A model generated the notes under the pieces. It saw only the letters and a list, made by a program, of their open reading frames with translations. It had not been told where the DNA came from and did no database searches. Both the position numbers and the translations under genes were made by a program. Positions 26,224-34,189 of a DNA stretch of 55,669 nt are shown piece by piece (positions within the stretch are counted from its first letter, which is position 1; every line of letters begins with the position of its first letter). Origin of the DNA: Minisyncoccia bacterium (GTDB lineage Bacteria > Patescibacteriota > Minisyncoccia > UBA6257 > 2-01-FULL-56-20); NCBI GenBank assembly GCA_050015515.1, contig JBEKBG010000004.1:1-55669 (forward strand). Reading direction: 5' to 3'.

Positions 26224-27171
26224 CTACTTCTGCGACGGCGCGGCCACTGCGTTCGCTACCGGCGTTGCCGGCGCGGGAACGTTGCTGCTTGCAATCGGCT
26301 TTGTAAGAGTGGAAGTGGTCTCGCGGGAGAAATTGACGGTGGTTGTGGAAGTAGCGATTGGGGTCGGAGCTGATTTAGGCTTTCCCGATCCCGCCGCACC
26401 TGTCGAAACCGTGCGCACCGGTTCTTTCTTCTCCGGCCAGAACAAAATCGCGAGAATCGCGATGACGAGCAGAACGATCACAATGGTCGGCCAGTGAGCT
26501 TTGGTAAAACTCCAAATGGACGATGCCTGCGCGGTCTGCGGCACGGCGTTGTTCGTGATCGCTGGCTGGGTCTGCGCAACCACCGTCGTGGACGGAGTTT
26601 GCGCGGCTGCCACCGATGGCGGCATGTTGTTTACTGCCACTGGCGCGCTGGCTGGCTGCGTAGCGGCAATCGGAGCGCTGTTCGCTACCGGGCTATTGCC
26701 GCTGTTCGCGACGTCGTTCGCCATCGCAACGAGCGTGCCCTGCATGCCGTTCAGCGTTGCCTGCACTGCCGTTTCTTGCGAAGGCGTCAGTGTCGTATTA
26801 GTGGCAAGCGAAGCATCCAACTGCGTAAGCGTCGCTGCGAGCGCGCTCAACGTTGTCTTGAAGGCGCTGATCTGCGCAGCGGAAAGTTCGGTGGTTGCCG
26901 CTGCGACCACCACCGGCGTCGCACTCTGCGAGCCGGTTCCCGCAATCGATGCGGGGATCGTATTTGGCGTTCCGGCATCAACCGGAGGAACAATGCCCGC
27001 CTGCATCTCCAGATTTGCCAATGTGGCGTTTGCAACATCAAGTTGCTGCTGGATCGCTGCGGTTTGCGCCGGCGTAAGCGTCTGTGCGTGTGCTACCATA
27101 TTCCCTCCAATGCTCCCTATTGCGACTATCAGTGCGGCGAAAAAAAGTAATTTTTTCATCATAAATGACAA
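26224..27171 (-). CDS. Secreted Ala/Thr/Gln-rich low-complexity protein with a C-proximal TM segment
   Basis: 315 aa. Signal peptide MMKKLLFFAALIVAIGS, compositionally biased middle, TM WPTIVIVLLVIAILAILFW. Confidence 0.6.
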   Translation of the reverse strand: MSFMMKKLLFFAALIVAIGSIGGNMVAHAQTLTPAQTAAIQQQLDVANATLANLEMQAGIVPPVDAGTPNTIPASIAGTGSQSATPVVVAAATTELSAAQISAFKTTLSALAATLTQLDASLATNTTLTPSQETAVQATLNGMQGTLVAMANDVANSGNSPVANSAPIAATQPASAPVAVNNMPPSVAAAQTPSTTVVAQTQPAITNNAVPQTAQASSIWSFTKAHWPTIVIVLLVIAILAILFWPEKKEPVRTVSTGAAGSGKPKSAPTPIATSTTTVNFSRETTSTLTKPIASSNVPAPATPVANAVAAPSQK

Positions 27172-27323
27172 TTTAATGGTTAATTAATGAATCTAAGTGC
27201 AATAATGACGGCCTTGAAAAAATATAAGGCTGTCAAAGAGCTGGAGAAGTTGTTAAGTTTCTGCCTACAGTATACATATAATAGGGGAAAATTGCAAGTG
27301 ACGTCCGGGGAGCGGCTATCCTT

Positions 27324-27803
27324 CTATTCCTCAAGCCGCTTCAAATCGCGCAACACTTCTTCGGCGTGCTTTTCGGGCTTGACGTCGGTATAGATCTTTT
27401 CAATCGTGCCGGTCGGATCGATCAGGAATGATGAGCGGATAACGCCCTCGTGTTCGCGTCCCATGAAACTGAACGATTTCTTGGCCCACACGCCATAGTT
27501 CGTGACCACTTTTTTATGCACGTCGGAAAGCAGTGTGAACGGCAATGAATATTTTTCCGCAAATTTTTTATGGCTCTCCGGCGAGTCCACGCTCACGCCG
27601 AGCACTTTAATATTTAAACTTTCAAATTTTGGGAATGCGTCGCGGATCGAGCATGCCTCTTTGGTGCATCCCGGCGTGTCGTCCTTGGGATAGAAATAGA
27701 GCAGCACCCACTGGCCGCGATATTCTGAGAGCGAATGATCCACGTCATCCTGGTCGGGGAGGGTGAAGTCCGGCGCGAGCATGTCTGGCTCAAGCGGGTT
27801 CAT
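27324..27803 (-). CDS. bcp: Peroxiredoxin, Bcp type
   Basis: 159 aa. FYPKDDTPGCTKEAC active-site motif. Confidence 0.9.
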   Translation of the reverse strand: MNPLEPDMLAPDFTLPDQDDVDHSLSEYRGQWVLLYFYPKDDTPGCTKEACSIRDAFPKFESLNIKVLGVSVDSPESHKKFAEKYSLPFTLLSDVHKKVVTNYGVWAKKSFSFMGREHEGVIRSSFLIDPTGTIEKIYTDVKPEKHAEEVLRDLKRLEE

Positions 27804-27892
27804 GGGATTGTATCTTTATAGTAGCACAAACGGTCGAGCAGCATAAATGTTAAAACCCTTCTTTCTCCGGGACGATGTGCTATAATTGAGGT

Positions 27893-28078
27893 ATGGTAGA
27901 AACTCCCGAGAAAGAGAATAGGTCAGACGTTTCCACTCAAAACGAAGATTCAAAAAAAGAAGAAAAATCTACAGCGCTTTCGCCGTTGGTTATTATTGTC
28001 GTAGTCATTGCAGTTATCGTATTGAGTTTTGTGGCTAGGCTAGTATGGTTTATTATCGCGGGTCCTCAGAATTTCTAG
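27893..28078 (+). CDS. Small membrane protein
   Basis: 61 aa. Acidic/lysine-rich N-terminus, then one long TM helix. Confidence 0.45.
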   Translation: MVETPEKENRSDVSTQNEDSKKEEKSTALSPLVIIVVVIAVIVLSFVARLVWFIIAGPQNF

Positions 28079-28085
28079 GGTGTCG

Positions 28086-28163
28086 TTGCTATTTCTTCCC
28101 GTTTTTATTATAATTCTGGTATTCAGGCCGAACACCGTGCCACGAGGCACGGCTTCTGTTTGT
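28086..28163 (+). promoter_or_regulatory. typA promoter and terminator-like leader hairpin
   Basis: TTGCTA (28086-28091), 17-nt spacer, TATAAT (28109-28114). Then the GC-rich hairpin CCGTGCC-acga-GGCACGG (28135-28152), followed by CTTCTGTTTGTT. Confidence 0.45.
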
Positions 28164-28184
28164 TAACAGAGTTTTAATAATCAT

Positions 28185-29996
28185 ATGGACCTCCGAAACA
28201 TCGCCATCATCGCTCACGTTGACCACGGCAAGACGACCCTCGTCGATGCCTTATTAAAGCAATCTGCGAGCTTTAAGCAAAAAACTGCCGAGAACGGCGA
28301 CCTTATCATGGATTCGAACGAGCTCGAACGCGAACGCGGCATCACGATCTTTTCCAAGAACGCGTCGGTCATCTATAAAGATATAAAGATCAATATCGTG
28401 GACACTCCCGGCCACGCGGACTTCGGCGGTGAGGTGGAGCGCATCATGCGCATGGTGGACGGCGTGCTCCTGCTCGTGGACGCAAAGGAAGGCCCGATGC
28501 CGCAGACGAAGTTTGTTTTGCGCAAAGCGATCCAGGCGGGGCATAAAGTGGTCGTCGTTATCAACAAGATCGACAAGCCGGACGCGCGCGCCGAATGGGC
28601 GCTGAACGCGACGTACGATCTTTTCTTTGAGCTTGATGCGACGGAGGGGCAGATCGATTTTCCGGTCATCTATGCCGCCGCGCGTGAAGGCAAAGCCGGA
28701 CTTACGAACGATCTTTCAAAGATGACCGACATCGTGCCGGTGTTCGAGACGATCATCAATCATCTTCCGCCACCGCAAAAAGGGGAGCTTGAAACACTGC
28801 AGTTCCTTACCGTCAACCTTGCGTACGATAACTATAAAGGCAAAATTGCCATCGGACGACTGTATTCCGGCGAGCTCAAAAAGAACATGACCGTGGCGCA
28901 CATCGATCGCGCGGGCGAGGTCAAAAAGGCGCAGCTTACCTCCGTAATGTTATTTGACGGGCTCGGCAAAGCCGAAGTGGAGACCGCAACGGCGGGGGAC
29001 ATCGTCGCCATTGCGGGCATTTCGGACGTATCCATCGGTGAGACGATCACCGATGTGGAGCATCCGGTGGCGTTGCCGACGATCCACATCGACGAGCCGA
29101 CGATCAAAATGACGTTTTCCGTGAACACGTCGCCGTTCCGCGGCAAAGAAGGAAAGTTTACGACCTCGCGTAACTTGAAGGATCGGCTTGAGAAAGAATT
29201 GGAAACCGACGTTGCGCTCGCGGTAAAGCAGACCGAGGCGAGCGATCGCTGGGAAGTGGCCGCTCGCGGCGAACTTCACCTTGCGATCCTTATCGAAAAG
29301 ATGCGGCGTGAAGGATTTGAACTAGAGGTCTCCAAACCGCAGGTCATCTTTAAAGAGGAGGATGGCAAGAAGACCGAGCCGATCGAACTCGTTTCCATCG
29401 AAGTTCCTGAAGCGTATTCCGGCACGGTGATCGAGATGTTCGGTAAGCGCATGGGCGTCATGAAAAATATGCGCGTGGACGACAAAGGAAATTCATTCAT
29501 GGATTTTGACGCGCCGACGCGCGGACTTATCGGCATCCGTAATAAATTTTTAACCTCAACAAAGGGTACCGGCATCATGAACACGATCTTCCTTGGCTAT
29601 GAGCCATATAAAGGAGATATCACTTCGATCCCGCACGGCTCTATTGTTGCCACGCAGAACGGCATATCAAACAACTATGGCCTTGTGACGGCACAGGGTC
29701 GCGGCACGCTCTTTATCAGCGCCGGCGTGGCGGTCTATGAAGGCATGGTGGTGGGCGCGAATGCAAAAGAGGGGGACGTCCTCGTTCACGTCGCGCGCGA
29801 GAAAGAGCTTACGAACTTCCGTGCAAAGAACGAAGGCCTCGCCGACCAACTTGAAGTGCCGGTCATCATGGGGCTTGAGGACGCGCTTGACTACATCAGC
29901 GATGACGAACTTGTGGAAGTCACCCCGGAGCATGTCCGCATCCGCAAAAAATATCTGAACGAGAACGATAGGAAGAAGGCGGGAAAGAATTGGTAA
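28185..29996 (+). CDS. typA: Translational GTPase TypA/BipA
   Basis: 603 aa. AHVDHGKTT, DTPGHADF and NKID motifs, with BipA-type C-terminal domains. Confidence 0.95.
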   Translation: MDLRNIAIIAHVDHGKTTLVDALLKQSASFKQKTAENGDLIMDSNELERERGITIFSKNASVIYKDIKINIVDTPGHADFGGEVERIMRMVDGVLLLVDAKEGPMPQTKFVLRKAIQAGHKVVVVINKIDKPDARAEWALNATYDLFFELDATEGQIDFPVIYAAAREGKAGLTNDLSKMTDIVPVFETIINHLPPPQKGELETLQFLTVNLAYDNYKGKIAIGRLYSGELKKNMTVAHIDRAGEVKKAQLTSVMLFDGLGKAEVETATAGDIVAIAGISDVSIGETITDVEHPVALPTIHIDEPTIKMTFSVNTSPFRGKEGKFTTSRNLKDRLEKELETDVALAVKQTEASDRWEVAARGELHLAILIEKMRREGFELEVSKPQVIFKEEDGKKTEPIELVSIEVPEAYSGTVIEMFGKRMGVMKNMRVDDKGNSFMDFDAPTRGLIGIRNKFLTSTKGTGIMNTIFLGYEPYKGDITSIPHGSIVATQNGISNNYGLVTAQGRGTLFISAGVAVYEGMVVGANAKEGDVLVHVAREKELTNFRAKNEGLADQLEVPVIMGLEDALDYISDDELVEVTPEHVRIRKKYLNENDRKKAGKNW

Positions 29997-29997
29997 T

Positions 29998-30108
29998 ACA
30001 AAGAGCTCATCTCTTTAAAAGTACGGCGTTGCACTCTGTCGAGTGCGCGCCTCGGCTCTCGCCGCCTTCGCGGCTCAGAGACGCCTTTTAAAGAGATGAG
30101 CTCTTTGT
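29998..30108 (+). repeat. Branched palindromic element, family member A (core 30022-30084)
   Basis: 24-bp perfect arms (29998-30021 / 30085-30108) enclose GCACTC-tgtc-GAGTGC and GCCGC-cttc-GCGGC hairpins. The right arm contains the last 6 codons and the stop of the 30088-30579 gene. Confidence 0.75.
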
Positions 30109-30579
30109 CTTTTTCTTGAGATGAATATATTCGTGCATGATCAGGCCGATAACAACGATGTCAAAGATCGTAATCAACCACAGAAAGAGTGACGGATGGT
30201 TGGTCAGCGAATAGATCTCGTATCCGACGAACACCGTGAAGACGATGGCGGCGGTCGGGTAAGCCCACAGATAATTTTTTAACAACGCCACGGAGAGCGC
30301 TAATTTTATTATGCCGTGCGTAAAAAATAGCAACCCCCAAAACGAATTGCTGGATAGGGAGATAGAATGCCACTGGTTGATGAAGAATTGCCAAAATGCA
30401 TCCCGTGGGCTTTCCGCGATCTCTTCATGGAATACGGAGAAAAGGATCCCATTGATTATGGTATAGCCCGTGAAATAAAAGAAGACACCGCCACATGCCT
30501 CAATGAACCCGTCAACGGCTTTTACGAGAATGCCGATGCGGAACAGCTGGCGGTAGTCTTTTTCTGGCAGTAGCTTCAT
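30088..30579 (-). CDS. DUF2127-like membrane protein
   Basis: 163 aa with 4 TM segments. The N-terminal pattern LFRIGILVKAVDGFIEACGG is typical of DUF2127. Confidence 0.6.
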   Translation of the reverse strand: MKLLPEKDYRQLFRIGILVKAVDGFIEACGGVFFYFTGYTIINGILFSVFHEEIAESPRDAFWQFFINQWHSISLSSNSFWGLLFFTHGIIKLALSVALLKNYLWAYPTAAIVFTVFVGYEIYSLTNHPSLFLWLITIFDIVVIGLIMHEYIHLKKKTKSSSL

Positions 30580-30634
30580 GGCTCCAGTGTATCACATGTA
30601 AAGTAGGCTTGACATCATCGATGCACACGCTATA

Positions 30635-30847
30635 ATGGATGATATGAAGGATGCGGTGCAAAATAAAATTTACGAAATACGGATGCGCGCGGACATCACC
30701 CAGGAAAAACTTTCGGAAAAGATCGGCGTGAGTCGCCAGACGATTATCGCGATTGAAAAAGGCAATTATATTCCGTCGGTCTTGCTTGCGCTCAAGCTGG
30801 CAAAATTCTTTAAGCAGCCGGTCGAAGAACTATTTTCTTTACAATAA
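30635..30847 (+). CDS. XRE-family HTH transcriptional regulator (short, YozG-like)
   Basis: 70 aa. ITQEKLSEKIGVSRQTIIAIEKGNYIPSVLLALKLAKFF. Confidence 0.85.
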   Translation: MDDMKDAVQNKIYEIRMRADITQEKLSEKIGVSRQTIIAIEKGNYIPSVLLALKLAKFFKQPVEELFSLQ

Positions 30848-30858
30848 TTATTTTTATC

Positions 30859-31215
30859 ATGGCAAAAAAAGAATTATCGGTGGGGGTGGGATTGCTCGTG
30901 CTCTTGTTTGTTATTTTTAATCCATGGAATTTATTCATGCCGGGGTATGCGGTGATGACTCTGCTCGTCGGTGCGGTAGTGTTGTATATTTTCTTCGCCA
31001 CGTTCTTGTGGCGCGAGGGGAGTGGCGATGAGCGCGAGCGGTTCCATCGGCTTTTTGCCGATCGCATCGCGTACCTGGCAGGCTCGGCACTTTTACTGAT
31101 CGGCATCGCCGTCGGCGAACTCCAACATGCCCTCGACCCATGGCTCATCTGCGCGCTCGCGCTAATGGTGATCGCAAAGATCGGTGGGCTCATTTACGGA
31201 AAGAGCAAATTATAA
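30859..31215 (+). CDS. Membrane protein partnered with the short XRE regulator
   Basis: 118 aa with 4 TM helices. Starts 11 nt after the regulator gene. Confidence 0.6.
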   Translation: MAKKELSVGVGLLVLLFVIFNPWNLFMPGYAVMTLLVGAVVLYIFFATFLWREGSGDERERFHRLFADRIAYLAGSALLLIGIAVGELQHALDPWLICALALMVIAKIGGLIYGKSKL

Positions 31216-31233
31216 AATAACTTATCGCTCCCC

Positions 31234-31956
31234 ATGGTCAACATTCCTATCCTCGCCGCTTTCTTTGCCGGCATCGTATCGTTCCTTTCGCCGTGCATCC
31301 TGCCGATCATCCCGGGATTTCTTGCGTACTTGGCGGGGGAATCATCGTCCAGTGCTGCGGCAAAGCCGTCGCGGCTTGAAATATTCTTGAACAGCTTCTT
31401 TTTTGTGCTGGGATTTTCCATCGTGTTCGCCCTGCTCGGGGTGCTGTTGAACGGCGTACTGGCGCATGTGGCATACGCGGTGCAATCGTGGTTGGCATGG
31501 ATCGGCGGAACGATTGTCATCTTTTTCGGATTGTATCTTATGGGATTTTTTCACCTCCGATTCCTGGAGCGCGACCATAAAATGGCGATGACGGCAAAGT
31601 TCCATTCGCGTTATCTTACTTCGCTCCTCTTTGGTTTCGCCTTCGCGGCGGGATGGACGCCCTGCGTCGGTCCCGTGTTGGGCGGTATCCTCGGCATCGC
31701 CGCATCCGCACCGAGCGAGGCGTTTTGGCTTTTGCTTTCCTACGCGATCGGGCTTGGCATACCGTTCCTTATTGTCGGACTGTTCGTCGCGCAGAGCGCG
31801 GCGGTCATCAATCGTTATGCGGCAAAATTGGAGTACGTAAACCAGATATTCGGTGCCATTCTCGTCGTGCTTGGCGTGCTCGTTTTTACGCAGGACCTTC
31901 CGCTCATCGCCAACTTCGGTTTTGTAAACGACCTGTTATTGAAATTTAAAATATAA
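31234..31956 (+). CDS. ccdA: Cytochrome c biogenesis/thiol-disulfide transmembrane reductant transporter CcdA (DsbD family)
   Basis: 240 aa. Conserved Cys in FLSPCILPIIPGF and GWTPCVGPVLG. Confidence 0.85.
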   Translation: MVNIPILAAFFAGIVSFLSPCILPIIPGFLAYLAGESSSSAAAKPSRLEIFLNSFFFVLGFSIVFALLGVLLNGVLAHVAYAVQSWLAWIGGTIVIFFGLYLMGFFHLRFLERDHKMAMTAKFHSRYLTSLLFGFAFAAGWTPCVGPVLGGILGIAASAPSEAFWLLLSYAIGLGIPFLIVGLFVAQSAAVINRYAAKLEYVNQIFGAILVVLGVLVFTQDLPLIANFGFVNDLLLKFKI

Positions 31957-31982
31957 AAATAACATTAATAAAAATATTCACC

Positions 31983-33233
31983 ATGAGCACCAATAAAAAA
32001 ATAACGTTCATCCTCCTTGTCCTCGCCGTGATCGGCGGCATCTGGTATCTGGAAAGTTTGAAGGTCTATCCGACTGCGTCGGGGCACGGCGGACAGGCGA
32101 TTGACGTGAATTCGTTGCTGGCGAATGCCACGAGTACAGGCAGCGCATTTGCCGCGACGGGCACGAATGCTGGCGCGACCGATACGACAAATGTCGTGCC
32201 GGTGACCCAGCTGAGCAATAACGAGAAAGCGGCGATCGCTCAGCTTGCCATGGCGGACAAGGCGGCGGGCGATCAGCCCGCGATCGAGATCGCAGATCCA
32301 ACGGGATTCATCAATGTGGCGCCGGGATTCAAACTGTCCAGTATCATTGGTCAAAAAGTGATCTTGTTGGATTTTTGGACGTACAGCTGTATCAATTGCG
32401 TGCGCACGATCCCGTATCTCAACGCATGGTATCAAAAGTACGCGAGCTCGGGACTCGAGATCGTCGGCATCCACACGCCGGAATTTGATTTTGAAAAGAA
32501 CATCACAAATGTGCAGAACGCCGTCGCGGAATACGGTATCCATTATCCGGTGATCCTGGACAACAACCAGGGAACATGGAACGCGTACAACAATCTTTAT
32601 TGGCCGCACGAATATCTGATCGATATGGCGGGATACATCGTGCACGATCAGGTGGGCGAGGGAAACTATGACGAAACCGAGGCGGAGATCCAAAAGCTGT
32701 TGGCACAACGCGCTCAGATACTCGGCACGAGCGCAGTGGTAATCCCGACGTCGACCGTCAACATCGCTCCGGCGAATTTGAACGAGATCCAGAGCCCCGA
32801 AACCTATTTTGGCGCTGAGCGGAATGCCCTTCTCGCCAACGGAACGACGCTCACGAATGGCGATCAATCGCTCACCGCACCGGCGGCGAGCACGGTTCAG
32901 CTCAATCAACTTTATCTTGGCGGCACGTGGGATTTCGAGGATCAATATGCCACAAACCTTAACGCCGGCGCCACGATCACGTATGAGTATAATGCGGGCA
33001 ATGTTTACATGGTCGCCGCCGGCGCGGCAAACGGAACAGTGGTGGAAGTGATGCAGGACGGCCAGCCGATCAGCGCGGCCGATGCGGGGAGTGATGTTCA
33101 TAACGGGCAGATCATCATTTCGGACAATCGACTCTATAATTTAATCAAGAACGCGGACGGCGGCGGTGAGCACACTCTCCAGCTAATCGTCGAAACGCCG
33201 GGATTGCAGGCATATACATTTACTTTTGGATGA
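31983..33233 (+). CDS. Membrane-anchored redoxin (TlpA/ResA-like CxxC) with a DipZ-type C-terminal domain
   Basis: 416 aa. LLDFWTYSCINCVRTIPYL active site. The C-terminal ~150 aa resemble the extra domain of actinobacterial DipZ. Confidence 0.7.
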   Translation: MSTNKKITFILLVLAVIGGIWYLESLKVYPTASGHGGQAIDVNSLLANATSTGSAFAATGTNAGATDTTNVVPVTQLSNNEKAAIAQLAMADKAAGDQPAIEIADPTGFINVAPGFKLSSIIGQKVILLDFWTYSCINCVRTIPYLNAWYQKYASSGLEIVGIHTPEFDFEKNITNVQNAVAEYGIHYPVILDNNQGTWNAYNNLYWPHEYLIDMAGYIVHDQVGEGNYDETEAEIQKLLAQRAQILGTSAVVIPTSTVNIAPANLNEIQSPETYFGAERNALLANGTTLTNGDQSLTAPAASTVQLNQLYLGGTWDFEDQYATNLNAGATITYEYNAGNVYMVAAGAANGTVVEVMQDGQPISAADAGSDVHNGQIIISDNRLYNLIKNADGGGEHTLQLIVETPGLQAYTFTFG

Positions 33234-33252
33234 AATATGAATAAATAAAAAT

Positions 33253-33804
33253 ATGGAAAACAAAAATGAGGTGGCGGTCTTCGGCGGAGGGTGTTTCTGG
33301 TGCACGGAGGCGGTGTTTCAGGAACTGCGTGGCGTGATCAGGGTGATGCCCGGCTACACTGGCGGCACGGTGCCGAACCCGACGTACGACACAGTCTGCA
33401 CCGGCACGACCGGTCACGCGGAAGCGACGCGCGTGGAATATGATCCATCGCAAATTTCATTTCATGATCTTTTAACGGTATTTTTTGCCACGCACGATCC
33501 GACCACGCTCAACCGGCAGGGGAATGATGTCGGTACGCAATACCGCTCGGCGATCTTTTATTCCACGCCGGAGCAAAGGGCAGACGTGGAGAAGTTCATC
33601 GCGGCGCTCGAGGCATCCGATCTCGGTGGCAAACCGATCGTCACGGAAGTAGCCCCGCTTGGCGAATTCTATAAAGCGGAGGATTCTCATAGACAATATT
33701 TTAAGAACCATCCCGATGCGGGATATTGCCAGGTCATCATCGAACCGAAGGTCGAAAAATTGCAGAAGCAGTTCGCAAACCTATTAAAAGAAAATTCAAA
33801 ATAA
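33253..33804 (+). CDS. msrA: Peptide-methionine (S)-S-oxide reductase
   Basis: 183 aa. GGGCFWC motif. Confidence 0.95.
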   Translation: MENKNEVAVFGGGCFWCTEAVFQELRGVIRVMPGYTGGTVPNPTYDTVCTGTTGHAEATRVEYDPSQISFHDLLTVFFATHDPTTLNRQGNDVGTQYRSAIFYSTPEQRADVEKFIAALEASDLGGKPIVTEVAPLGEFYKAEDSHRQYFKNHPDAGYCQVIIEPKVEKLQKQFANLLKENSK

Positions 33805-33805
33805 T

Positions 33806-34189
33806 ATGAAAAGTGACGAGCAGCTTAAAAAAGAATCGCCGGGGCTTTATCATATAGCGCGCGAGGGTGGCACCGAGCCGGCATTCGCTGGAAAATATGT
33901 GGACAATCACGAAAAGGGCATGTACAAGTGCGCCGTGTGCGGCACGGAGCTTTTTTCTTCCGGTACTAAGTTTGATTCCGGCACCGGCTGGCCAAGCTTT
34001 ACCGAACCGACCAATCTCGCGAACGTCGAGCTGCGCTCCGACGACAACTTTGGCATGCACCGTACGGAAGTGATCTGCAAGAACTGCGGTGCGCATCTCG
34101 GTCACGTTTTCGACGATGGCCCGGCCGACAAGGGCGGCAAGCGCTACTGCATCAACTCGGTGTGCTTGGAGTTGGAGAGGAAAGACTAG
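33806..34189 (+). CDS. msrB: Peptide-methionine (R)-S-oxide reductase
   Basis: 127 aa. CxxC zinc site and catalytic CINS motif. Confidence 0.95.
   Translation: MKSDEQLKKESPGLYHIAREGGTEPAFAGKYVDNHEKGMYKCAVCGTELFSSGTKFDSGTGWPSFTEPTNLANVELRSDDNFGMHRTEVICKNCGAHLGHVFDDGPADKGGKRYCINSVCLELERKD

Noticed and set aside
26224-27171. Apparent repetitiveness that could suggest tandem DNA repeats or a CRISPR-like array.
   Set aside because: This is compositional bias (Ala/Thr/Gln/Ser codons) within one continuous ORF. There is no unit repeat of fixed length and no spacer/repeat periodicity. No CRISPR array is present anywhere in the window.
31965-33101. 378-aa minus-strand ORF, and similar long antisense ORFs: 15074-15889, 22433-23194, 23899-24555, 26501-27187, 46974-47633, 592-1146, 1907-2581, 17199-17831 and 3230-3778.
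   Set aside because: Each lies wholly antisense to a gene with clear family motifs and has an Arg/Ser/Pro-rich composition typical of the reverse frame of GC-biased coding DNA. None has an RBS or terminator of its own.
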